NCBI GenBank assembly: GCA_030583845.1
Contig: CP129478.1
Location: forward strand, 651,686-715,685
DNA length: 64,000 nucleotides
DNA from: Candidatus Dojkabacteria bacterium
Lineage (GTDB): Bacteria > Patescibacteriota > Dojkabacteria > SC72 > JAHDCA01
Direction of reading: 5' to 3'
The number at the start of each line of letters is the position of its first letter. Within the stretch, counting starts at the first letter, position 1. The translations under genes were made by a program, and so were the position numbers. Positions 1 through 8,108 of the stretch are shown piece by piece. The notes under the pieces were generated by a model. The model was given only the letters and a program-made list of their open reading frames with translations, did not search any database and was not told where the DNA came from.

Positions 1-1119
1 ATCCAATAGGTTGCTGTTTAATGTCACTCGGACTGCGAATCGACTCAAGAATCGTGGCGTCATCCTAGAATTGTGTCGCTCGATATCAAGCTGCGAGCAG
101 CTGCACTGTAAAGCCGTATCCCCATTGGTCTCAAGCCCTTTGAGACCGCACTTACATAGATTCATGCTGCCTGCGAGTATAAATTTGGTCGGGATGCGGT
201 ACGGTCGATTGCAGATATATAGCTCGTGCTGTTGCCGGTCTAGGCACTCTTGAAATAGGCTGATGGCGCGATTGCTTAGGCTATTGATCTCATCGATTGC
301 GATTACACCTAAATTTGAGCGGTGCAAGATTCCGCTGCCAGGCTGGGATGGCTTCCCTATTAGGTCAGTCATATGGGTTAGTGGCGTGATCTGCGAGTAA
401 GGGAAATGGTACCCCTCTTCCTTGTATTCCATCATTCCTAGCTGATCCAGCTCATCATCAACTGGCTCAGGCAATATCTGACTCATCAGCTCCAGAAATT
501 TGCTTTTGCCTATCCCGTACGGTCCACGGATAAGGCAGTTGTGCCTACCACCGACAGTTATAAGAAGAACTCTGCGGATATAATCGTTCACGACGAGCCG
601 CGTCGAGCTGTTTGGTGATCTCTTGCCGATAAGCTCAATCTGTTTGCTTAAGGAAAGTGGAGCTGCTTTACTCGAAACAATTGCGCGGCAGGCATCAAGC
701 AGTGAGGAACAGTTTGTTGATTCTGCCTCTAAAGAAGTAGCAAAGCTGCGAAATTGCGGCATGCCAAAGCAGCCTTTCAATTCTCCTGCAAGAGTGAGTG
801 CACCGTATGCAGCTGTTTTTCCAGAGCTGCTTGGAAGAGCAGCCGATGCCATAAGAATCGATATGGCGACAGGCAGATCCAAGCCCTCGCATGATATAGG
901 AAAGCCTGACGGGGTGATAGAAACTCTTACTTTTTTTGAAGGAAATTTGTAGCCCGATGATTTGATAGCTGAGTAGACCCGCTCTTTAATATCCCTCGCG
1001 GACCTCTCTGGAATTCCGACAATCTTGAAAGAAGGAAGCCCGCTTAAAAGTTTGGCTTCTATCTTGATTGGCTCGTAGAGTGAGCCGATTGGCAAAATGC
1101 TGCTTACTGATGAATACAT
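1..1119 (-). CDS. comM: Mg-chelatase-related AAA+ protein ComM/YifB family (partial; C-terminus lies beyond window start)
   Basis: Manual reverse-strand translation from ATG (rc of 1117-1119) gives a stop-free reading frame to position 1. N-terminus ILPIGSLYEPIKIEAKLLSGLPSFKIVGIPERSARDIKERVYSAIKSSGYKFPSKKVRVSITPS...LDLPVAISILMAS aligns with the E. coli YifB N-terminal Lon-like domain. Walker A GPYGIGKS and Walker B-like VIAIDEIN are present. It is absent from the ORF track only because it runs off the window edge. Confidence 0.75.
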   Translation of the reverse strand, partial: MYSSVSSILPIGSLYEPIKIEAKLLSGLPSFKIVGIPERSARDIKERVYSAIKSSGYKFPSKKVRVSITPSGFPISCEGLDLPVAISILMASAALPSSSGKTAAYGALTLAGELKGCFGMPQFRSFATSLEAESTNCSSLLDACRAIVSSKAAPLSLSKQIELIGKRSPNSSTRLVVNDYIRRVLLITVGGRHNCLIRGPYGIGKSKFLELMSQILPEPVDDELDQLGMMEYKEEGYHFPYSQITPLTHMTDLIGKPSQPGSGILHRSNLGVIAIDEINSLSNRAISLFQECLDRQQHELYICNRPYRIPTKFILAGSMNLCKCGLKGLETNGDTALQCSCSQLDIERHNSRMTPRFLSRFAVRVTLNSNLLD

Positions 1120-1168
1120 ATCAGATTATGATATGTAAACATTAAAAATATCTGAAAAATCTAAAAGC

Positions 1169-2350
1169 CTATTTCGGGAAAGGAGAACTCTTTCGCTCTT
1201 TTATGCCTCTCCTGTAGTCGATCAGAAATTCGACCGAGTATATTCCGACCACTGAAAGTAGTGACGCCATCACGGTTGCCAAGCCAATATAAAGATATGA
1301 TCTGGCGATGTCGAGCACTACAGCAATAAATAGCGGTGAGGCGATCTCTTTAACTATAAAGATCTGGTCCTGTGGAACAATCTCAGACAAGTATATTTCG
1401 ATAAACTCTTCGTAGCTGCTGGTTATGATGATTGAAATAATTACAAGCAGGAATCCGCTCAAAGCCCACACGACAGCAGCAAGGTTGAATCCAAACCTAT
1501 GGTTAGGGGAGGTTGCAACAATTAGCAGAGAGATAAGTGAGCCAAGCAGCAGTAGTGCATAAGGACCATATTTCAGAGCCATAAAAACGAGCGGTGCATT
1601 TTCCTCGACGTCTGGTGGCAACATGACCATAGATGAGTCTAGCTTCGTATCAGCAAGGAATGCCTCATGCTCGGACATAGCCTGTGTAAACTCGTCGACT
1701 TTGCTGTGTGCCTCTTCGACTGTCATCCCGGGTGGTAAGCAGCTGTATGAGAAGGGGTCAAACTCATTATCTCCCAGTTCAAGCATCTCTGACTGGGTAC
1801 AAAGTGACGCCGCCTCAAATTTCCGCTTTAGCATCGTGTTGATCACATTAATAATTTCGGCCTTCCGGTCGGCTAGGTCGATTGTGAATTGTATGCTTTC
1901 AGTATCACCATTTAGCCAGCTATATAATGCATCTATGACAATCTCGACCTGTTCCTGTACCCACTCCGGCTCTAGCACTGAGCCCGCAAGCTCCTCGATC
2001 TCTTCCTCTGTCATAAAGATTTCATCTTCGAGGGTGCCCTCTCGAAGTCGATCCTCCAATACAAGCAGCCCGATTGGGACGAGATTCTCATATAAACCTG
2101 AGCTGCTAATCCACGATTTAACATCGTCAGCGTCAGTAATTTTTGAGGAGAGAACTAATACATTGAGGCTTAAAAAGGTAATGATAAGTAGCAGAGCTGA
2201 GAAAAGAACTGTCAGGAGCCACCTGAAGATATCTATAAATGTTTTCATGGCAGTTTGTTTAAATTCTCTCCATATTATGCTGTTTTCGTTTTGTTGTCTA
2301 ATCGCTATTTCTGTTATTCCTGAGGGAATAGTTGTATAATTACGTCGCAA
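1169..2350 (-). CDS. hypothetical membrane protein (N-terminal TM segments, acidic central region, C-terminal multi-TM)
   Basis: 393-aa ORF with several hydrophobic helices and no recognisable motif. It was preferred over the antisense 238-aa ORF at 1623..2339, which has no features. Confidence 0.4.
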   Translation of the reverse strand: MRRNYTTIPSGITEIAIRQQNENSIIWREFKQTAMKTFIDIFRWLLTVLFSALLLIITFLSLNVLVLSSKITDADDVKSWISSSGLYENLVPIGLLVLEDRLREGTLEDEIFMTEEEIEELAGSVLEPEWVQEQVEIVIDALYSWLNGDTESIQFTIDLADRKAEIINVINTMLKRKFEAASLCTQSEMLELGDNEFDPFSYSCLPPGMTVEEAHSKVDEFTQAMSEHEAFLADTKLDSSMVMLPPDVEENAPLVFMALKYGPYALLLLGSLISLLIVATSPNHRFGFNLAAVVWALSGFLLVIISIIITSSYEEFIEIYLSEIVPQDQIFIVKEIASPLFIAVVLDIARSYLYIGLATVMASLLSVVGIYSVEFLIDYRRGIKERKSSPFPK

Positions 2351-2783
2351 GTATCACAGACAGTCGCCCGACCATCCCGCTAACTTATAGTGCGAACCGC
2401 ACTATAAGTTAGCGGGATGGTCGGGAGGAAAGTCCGGACTTCATGTCGATCCCGAACATGTCGGGATGAGAGCCGGCAAGAGCTCTCCGAAGCTTCGTAA
2501 GAAGCGAGGGAGGGAAAGGAGCCGGGGGGAAGTGATTTCTCGGAGAAAAGGGCAACAGAAAGCAAACCGCCCTTCTTCGCTCGCAAGAGCTTTGAAGGGT
2601 AAGGGTGAAAAGGTATTCTCCTGCGTCCTTAGGGACTACGGAGAATGAGGCCTTCGGGCTTCAGTGTAAGAGACTACCGGCCTGAGCAGCAATGCTCCGG
2701 CGCGGGTAACCCCCTCTCGAAGCAACCCAAACGGGGCATAGATAGATGGCTGTCTAAACAGAATCCGGCTTATGTGATACTTG
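2349..2783 (+). ncRNA. rnpB: RNase P RNA (bacterial type A) with an unusually long perfect P3 hairpin
   Basis: Conserved blocks are visible: P1 5' strand CAAGTATCAC (2349-2358) pairs with GTGATACTTG (2774-2783). CAGACAGTCGCC is identical to the E. coli P2 region. Also present are GGAGGAAAGTCCGGAC (P4 5' strand), ACAGAAAGCAAACCGCC, GGGTAAGGGTGAAAAGGT and ACAGAATCCGGCTTAT (P4 3' strand). P3 is a perfect 27-bp-stem palindrome at 2367-2425. Confidence 0.85.
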
Positions 2784-2832
2784 TAACACATATGAAATAT
2801 GTGATACTTGTAATAAGTAGCGTATTGCTAAA

Positions 2833-3771
2833 CTATAAGTCTTGCCCGCGCACAAACTCTGCGGCGGACATACGGTTCTTCCCCTCGAGCTGAAGCTCAA
2901 GAATCTGTATCAATTTCAATGGATTTTTTGTCCCTACAAAAAGCCTCTCTTCCTTGGTGTAGAAATCTCCAGCTTCAATCTGCAGCTGTCCGTCGCTATT
3001 ATCAATCACCTCTACTTTGAAAATTTTCATCCGTCGTCCTTCTGTGAAGAAACTCCACGCCACCGGCCACGGCTGCATCGCGCGCACCATCTTCTCGATA
3101 TAGTCAGGCTCATGTTGGCTCCAATTTATCTGAGCTGCATCCTTCGAAATCTCTTTCTGCCAACAGAAGGTTGCTTTAGATTCATCTTGTGGGATCGGTT
3201 TAATCTCTCCTGCCACCCATTTCATTAAAATATCGCCGATTACCTTACTGCTTTTCTCTACAAGCCTCTCGCGCAAGGTTTGATTTGTATCCGTAGGCAA
3301 TATATCTTCTTCAAATGTCTCGAGCACCTCGCCGGCGTCGAGCTCTTTCACCATGCGCACAATTGATATGCCTGTTTTAGAATCGCCCTCTAAGATTGCT
3401 TTCTGAATCGGGATTGCTCCGCGATATTTTGGCAAGAGTGAGAAGTGGATATTAATAGCTTTATACTTAGGTGCCTCCAAGAAGAATTCAGGAATTATCT
3501 CGCCAAATGATTTGCACACAAGTAGCTCAGGCTTGAATGTATCGAGCGCCTCTTGGTATTTTGCCTCATCTTTCTCTGTATGGAATACGGGGATGTTGTT
3601 GTCTAAGCAGTACTGCTTAACCTCGGTTGGTAAGATCTCCTGCTTGCGGCCTGTGGGCTTGTCGGGCTGGGTGATTACGCCAACAATTTCAAAACGACTA
3701 TCTTGGTGCAATGTCTTTAATGTTGTGAGTGCTTCCCAATTGGAGCCGAGAAAGAGTGTCTTGATTGCCAT
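2833..3771 (-). CDS. fmt: methionyl-tRNA formyltransferase
   Basis: 312 aa. Formyltransferase N-domain with HFSLLPKYRG motif. Overall Fmt architecture with a C-terminal domain. Confidence 0.9.
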   Translation of the reverse strand: MAIKTLFLGSNWEALTTLKTLHQDSRFEIVGVITQPDKPTGRKQEILPTEVKQYCLDNNIPVFHTEKDEAKYQEALDTFKPELLVCKSFGEIIPEFFLEAPKYKAINIHFSLLPKYRGAIPIQKAILEGDSKTGISIVRMVKELDAGEVLETFEEDILPTDTNQTLRERLVEKSSKVIGDILMKWVAGEIKPIPQDESKATFCWQKEISKDAAQINWSQHEPDYIEKMVRAMQPWPVAWSFFTEGRRMKIFKVEVIDNSDGQLQIEAGDFYTKEERLFVGTKNPLKLIQILELQLEGKNRMSAAEFVRGQDL

Positions 3772-3829
3772 ACTGGATTATAGCACTAGGAGATGAGCTA
3801 GATAACACTTCTGCTGTATAATTATCCCC

Positions 3830-4918
3830 ATGCTTACGACAGATTTTGATTACAACTTGCCTTCAGAGCTAATCGCCGATTCACCACCAGCAGAGCGTGG
3901 GACGACACGGCTGATGGTTCTCGACAAAAATAGCTCAAAGCTCTCTCACAAAAACTACTCCGATATTCCTGATTATATTGAAGTGGGCGATGTGGTAGTA
4001 CTAAATCGCACACTTGTACAGAAAGCCCGGCTATATATGGAAAATTCATCAAACGGCAAAAGGGTTGAGGTGCTATTCCTTAATCGAGTGAATCTGAATG
4101 AGCAGGGAAATGAGAAGTGGTTCGCATTAATCGGTAGGGCCAAAAACGTGCAAGCGGGCGATCTGCTCAGGGTAGTAGATGCCTCGGAAGCACTTTTAAA
4201 AGTTCTGTCGAGAGGAGAGTCTGGCGAGGGTTTTCTCGTTGAAATATTAGATATCTCAGCTGAGCAGCTATTCTCTAAATATGGCAATGTCCCGCTCCCT
4301 GCATATATCAAGCGTGAAGCAACCGCTGAAGACGAGATCCGATACAACACAGTATTTGGAAGCGAGCCTGGCTCAGTGGCAGCACCAACAGCAAGCCTCA
4401 ACCTTACCGATGAGCTTATCGACCAGATAAAGGCCCGAGGTGCAGAAGTTGTCTTCGTGGAGCTCGATATAGGCTGGGGGACATTCGCTCCCGTTCGCAC
4501 CGAGAAGATAGAGGATTTTCAGATCCATACCGAGCGTTATCACTTGAGCGAAGAGACAGCCGCAGCAGTGAATAAAGCTATCAGCAGTGGCAAGAATGTG
4601 TGGGCGTTTGGCACAACTGCAACTAGAGTCCTGGAAAGCTGCGCATACCTGCGTGTTCGTAACGAAGATGCAGGCCTGGATGGCGTTCGGTATTTGGTAA
4701 AAGCCAGCAGCGGCGAGACGAATATTTATATCTATCCTGGTTACGAATGGAAAATTGTAAATCGGCTTGTGACAAACTTTCATGCGCCAAAATCAAGCCT
4801 AATAATGCTGGTTGCCTCTTTTGCCGGCTACGATCTAACAATGCGTGCATATCAAGAGGCTATTGATCAGGAATACAAGTTTCTTAGCTATGGAGACTCT
4901 ATGTTGATTTTGGGTTAA
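3830..4918 (+). CDS. queA: S-adenosylmethionine:tRNA ribosyltransferase-isomerase
   Basis: 362 aa. N-terminus MLTTDFDYNLPSELIA and C-terminal TNFHAPKSSLIMLVASFAGYD are characteristic of QueA. Confidence 0.9.
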   Translation: MLTTDFDYNLPSELIADSPPAERGTTRLMVLDKNSSKLSHKNYSDIPDYIEVGDVVVLNRTLVQKARLYMENSSNGKRVEVLFLNRVNLNEQGNEKWFALIGRAKNVQAGDLLRVVDASEALLKVLSRGESGEGFLVEILDISAEQLFSKYGNVPLPAYIKREATAEDEIRYNTVFGSEPGSVAAPTASLNLTDELIDQIKARGAEVVFVELDIGWGTFAPVRTEKIEDFQIHTERYHLSEETAAAVNKAISSGKNVWAFGTTATRVLESCAYLRVRNEDAGLDGVRYLVKASSGETNIYIYPGYEWKIVNRLVTNFHAPKSSLIMLVASFAGYDLTMRAYQEAIDQEYKFLSYGDSMLILG

Positions 4919-4967
4919 CCATGTGGCAGCCCTAAGTGGGTTAGACCCGCTCTGCTCAGAGTGGAAG

Positions 4968-4993
4968 TGCTCAGACCCGATCGGGTCTGAGCA
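4968..4993. repeat. 26-bp perfect palindrome TGCTCAGACCCGATCGGGTCTGAGCA (copy 1 of 4) with adjacent module TTAGACCCGCTCTGCTCAGAG (4941-4961)
   Basis: Read directly. Lies in the queA-tgt intergenic spacer. The same core recurs at 24162-24187, 57550-57591 and 58467-58498. Confidence 0.8.
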
Positions 4994-4995
4994 TT

Positions 4996-6108
4996 TTGCA
5001 AAAAACGCGGTATAATAACACCATGCACGATCTAAATAACATTAACTTCTTGCCAGATGCTACACGCGGAGCTGTCCGTTCAATCACCACGCAGCAGCTA
5101 AAATCCACAAACACAAAAGGCATCGTAGTAAACACCCTCCATCTACTTATCTCGCCCGGCCCTGAGCGGATCAAAGAGCTAGGTGGCATCCACAAATTTA
5201 TGAGCTGGGATGGACTTACCCTCTCGGATTCTGGAGGCTTTCAGGTATTCTCACTTCTACACTCAGGTAAGTGGGAAGGAAAGATCGACGAGAATGGAGC
5301 TATATTTAAGTCTCCACGAGATGGCAAAACACATGTGCTGACACCTGAGAAGTCGATAGATATTCAGATGATGCTGGGTACAGATATACTGGTGGTGCTT
5401 GATGATTGCAGGAAGGCAGTAACAACACGCGAGGAAGCTGAAGAGTCAGTAAATCGAACAATTGAATGGGCAAAGAGATGCAAAGAGCATTACCTAACCA
5501 GCTACAGCGACGCTGAAAGAGAGGGAAAGATGCTCTCAGCAGTAGTTCAAGGGGCGAATTTCAGCGACCTAAGAATCAAGTGTGCGGAAGCGCTGACAGA
5601 GATCGGCTTTGATGGCTACAATTTTGGTGGCTATGTACTGGATGATGAAGGGAAGCTTGTGCTAGACCAGATGAAGACAGTGGTGGACAACACTCCGGCC
5701 GATAAGTTCAAGTATGCGATGGGGGTAGGGAAGCCCGATGATATTTTCTACTCGGCTCAGGTAGGATACAAGCTTTTTGATACAGTGCTACCCACAAGGA
5801 ATGCAAGGCATGGCACACTTTACTCGGCGACCGCTACAAATGGCGAGATGCGCATACGAAATGCAGAATTCGCAACCGACACCGGTCCTATCGATGAGAG
5901 CTGCGACTGCGAGGCATGCACAAACCACTCAAAGGCCTATATTCATCAGATGATAAAGGTGGGCGAGATGACAGGAATGACTCTAGCAACAATCCACAAC
6001 ATCAGGTTTTATCAGCGGTTAATTGAGAAGATGAACGAGCTAGGTGAAGATGGTATAACATCTATAGAGTATAAAGATATTCTAAAACAATTAGCCGACG
6101 CATCATGA
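4996..6108 (+). CDS. tgt: queuine tRNA-ribosyltransferase (tRNA-guanine transglycosylase)
   Basis: 370 aa. Zinc site CDCEACTNHSKAYIHQM and MGVGKPDDIFYSAQVGYKLFDTVLPTRNARHG block. Confidence 0.9.
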   Translation: MQKTRYNNTMHDLNNINFLPDATRGAVRSITTQQLKSTNTKGIVVNTLHLLISPGPERIKELGGIHKFMSWDGLTLSDSGGFQVFSLLHSGKWEGKIDENGAIFKSPRDGKTHVLTPEKSIDIQMMLGTDILVVLDDCRKAVTTREEAEESVNRTIEWAKRCKEHYLTSYSDAEREGKMLSAVVQGANFSDLRIKCAEALTEIGFDGYNFGGYVLDDEGKLVLDQMKTVVDNTPADKFKYAMGVGKPDDIFYSAQVGYKLFDTVLPTRNARHGTLYSATATNGEMRIRNAEFATDTGPIDESCDCEACTNHSKAYIHQMIKVGEMTGMTLATIHNIRFYQRLIEKMNELGEDGITSIEYKDILKQLADAS

Positions 6109-6851
6109 AGAAATCTAACCAAAAAAGGAACAAAGCCGGCAAGCTATATCTAGTGCCGACACCTCTATCGCCATCGCAGCAGGAATTTCTCCTCCCGGGA
6201 GATGCCGAAAAGGTAAGAAAGCTGAAGAGGATATTTGCCGAAAATCCTAAAACCGCTAGAGCATTTCTAAAGCTGCTCAATCCTGAGACTCCGATCCAAG
6301 AGATTGAGATCTATACATTCGATGAGCATACGAGAGATAAAGCAGCGCACGAATTAATCAGGCTGCTCAGCGACGGAGTCGATACTGGGATGATGACAGA
6401 AGCTGGTGTGCCTGCTGTAGCAGACCCTGGGAGCAGGCTTGTGCGGCTAGCACATATGAAGAATATCGAGGTAGTCCCAATGATTGGTCCATCTTCGATA
6501 CTGCTTGCGCTGATGGCATCGGGCTTGAACGGCCAGAAGTTCTGCTTCGACGGTTATCTGCCTGTCGATCAGAATAAAAGAGAGGATGTGTTACGAGCTC
6601 TGGAAGCTGATTCTCTAAAAAGTGCGACGACACATATAATTATTGAGACGCCATATCGGAATCGCCACCTGTGGAATTCGATGCTAAATGTGTGCCACCC
6701 GAACTGTGAGCTCTCGATTGCTGTGAATCTTGGTGGCCAAGATCAGTACATAAAGACGGCCAAGGTCGGGGATTGGAAAAATATTAGGTGGCCGGATCTG
6801 GATCGGAAGCAGGCAGTGTTTCTACTAAATTCTAAAGCAACGATTAAATAA
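6105..6851 (+). CDS. RsmI/YraL-like tetrapyrrole-methylase-fold SAM methyltransferase
   Basis: LYLVPTPLSPS, TEAGVPAVADPGSRLV, VVPMIGPSSILLALMASGLNGQKFCFDGYLP and IIETPYRN blocks align block-by-block with E. coli RsmI. ATGA overlap with the tgt stop. Confidence 0.6.
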   Translation: MKKSNQKRNKAGKLYLVPTPLSPSQQEFLLPGDAEKVRKLKRIFAENPKTARAFLKLLNPETPIQEIEIYTFDEHTRDKAAHELIRLLSDGVDTGMMTEAGVPAVADPGSRLVRLAHMKNIEVVPMIGPSSILLALMASGLNGQKFCFDGYLPVDQNKREDVLRALEADSLKSATTHIIIETPYRNRHLWNSMLNVCHPNCELSIAVNLGGQDQYIKTAKVGDWKNIRWPDLDRKQAVFLLNSKATIK

Positions 6852-7084
6852 TGGAGCCAAAGATTAAATGTGGCGTGTATCGTCACTACAAGGGTAAGAA
6901 GTACCTCGTTCTGGGCATCGCATCACATAGTGAGACATTAGAGGAGATGGTTGTATATGTTCATCTGTACGAGAGCGAAGATGGTCATAACCATATGTGG
7001 GTCAGGCCACTTTCGATGTTCTTGGAGAATGTTGTAGTCGATGGGAAGGAAGTTCCGAGGTTTGAATTCCTCGGCATACACTAG
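6851..7084 (+). CDS. DUF1653-family small protein
   Basis: 77 aa. YRHYKGKKY...ASHSETLEEMVVY pattern typical of DUF1653. Start overlaps the upstream stop (TAATG). Confidence 0.55.
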   Translation: MEPKIKCGVYRHYKGKKYLVLGIASHSETLEEMVVYVHLYESEDGHNHMWVRPLSMFLENVVVDGKEVPRFEFLGIH

Positions 7085-7791
7085 TCTCTCTGCAAGAAGA
7101 ATGACACAGTAGTTGGTATCTCGTAGCCGTCGACCCCTAACTCCTTTGACTGAGTGCCGAGTCTTTCGATTACCCTCAATATTCTAAAGCCTGCGGCAGA
7201 GGCCGAGTTAATATACTCTTCGAAGGTGAATGTCGGATGTGTTACAAACATATCGCTTTTGCCCCCTGCGAGTGGGAAATCAACATCCTCCTTAACGTGA
7301 TATAGCTTACTTTTCTTCCTAAAGAGGCCTACGAGTGGGTGTACATCTCGGAATGCAAAGAAGCCGCCCGGATTAATTGCACTGTGGGTCTTCTGCATAA
7401 GTTTGGCAATGTCCCTTGTGTAGTGTATAGAGAATCGACCAAAGATCAGGTCATATGTCGCTGAACCGAAGCTATATTCGTCAAGGTCGGCCAACTCGAC
7501 TGTAGCCCTACCATCAGTTACATTACTACGGAATTCATGAAGCATACCCTCAGAATTATCTATACCTACATATTTGGAGATAAGTTCATGTTGAGATAGT
7601 AGGTACGCTGCATCACGACCAGATCCGCAACCGTACTCAAAGATGGAAATGGGCTTTCTGTCTAACCCAAGCAAATGAATGAAATCTTCCTCGGCGGTTC
7701 CAGCATGATCTAGCATGTATTTGTGGTACCTGGAGGCAATCTGGTCATATTGTGACATCAATTGAAGTGCATTAAGATTACGCCACTCCAT
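7081..7791 (-). CDS. class I SAM-dependent methyltransferase
   Basis: 236 aa. Motif I IFEYGCGSGRD. Confidence 0.7.
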   Translation of the reverse strand: MEWRNLNALQLMSQYDQIASRYHKYMLDHAGTAEEDFIHLLGLDRKPISIFEYGCGSGRDAAYLLSQHELISKYVGIDNSEGMLHEFRSNVTDGRATVELADLDEYSFGSATYDLIFGRFSIHYTRDIAKLMQKTHSAINPGGFFAFRDVHPLVGLFRKKSKLYHVKEDVDFPLAGGKSDMFVTHPTFTFEEYINSASAAGFRILRVIERLGTQSKELGVDGYEIPTTVSFFLQRD

Positions 7792-8081
7792 ATTACGTCA
7801 TTAAGTTGATTGGAACAAATTGGCAGCTGAGTCGTTTTCCCAATTCATCTTTAACCTCTTCCATGCTATAATCTCAAGATAGTGATAATGTGTTAGATTA
7901 GGGGTTTTTACCATAATCGCTAATAATTACTGAATTCTTGTGCTTGAAGCACTGACAGATTTATATATGGAAAGTTGTTTAGATTTGCAGAATTTAAGAA
8001 ACGACGAAAGCTGGGCGGCAAAGAGTGCGCCTGGAATATCCATCAATACTGACGAATAGGTAATTATTGCGCATCCCTTCT

Positions 8082-8102
8082 TTAACACTACTATAGTGTT
8101 AA
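8082..8102. promoter_or_regulatory. 9-bp inverted repeat TTAACACTA-n3-TAGTGTTAA immediately upstream of the rny start
   Basis: Perfect inverted repeat read directly, 7 nt before the ATG at 8109. Candidate operator or RNA hairpin. Confidence 0.3.
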
Positions 8103-8108
8103 ATTTTA

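Noticed and set aside
1623-2339. 238-aa plus-strand ORF antisense to the 393-aa membrane-protein gene
   Set aside because: Ser/Cys-rich featureless translation. The minus-strand frame has clear TM helices and a sensible start, so the plus-strand ORF is treated as a shadow ORF.
2380-2893. Three small ORFs (68, 60, 82 aa) in the fmt-upstream region
   Set aside because: They lie entirely within the RNase P RNA gene, whose conserved sequence blocks are unambiguous. Their products are low-complexity with no motifs.
3973-4500. 175-aa minus-strand ORF inside queA
   Set aside because: Antisense to a well-supported queA frame. No motifs.
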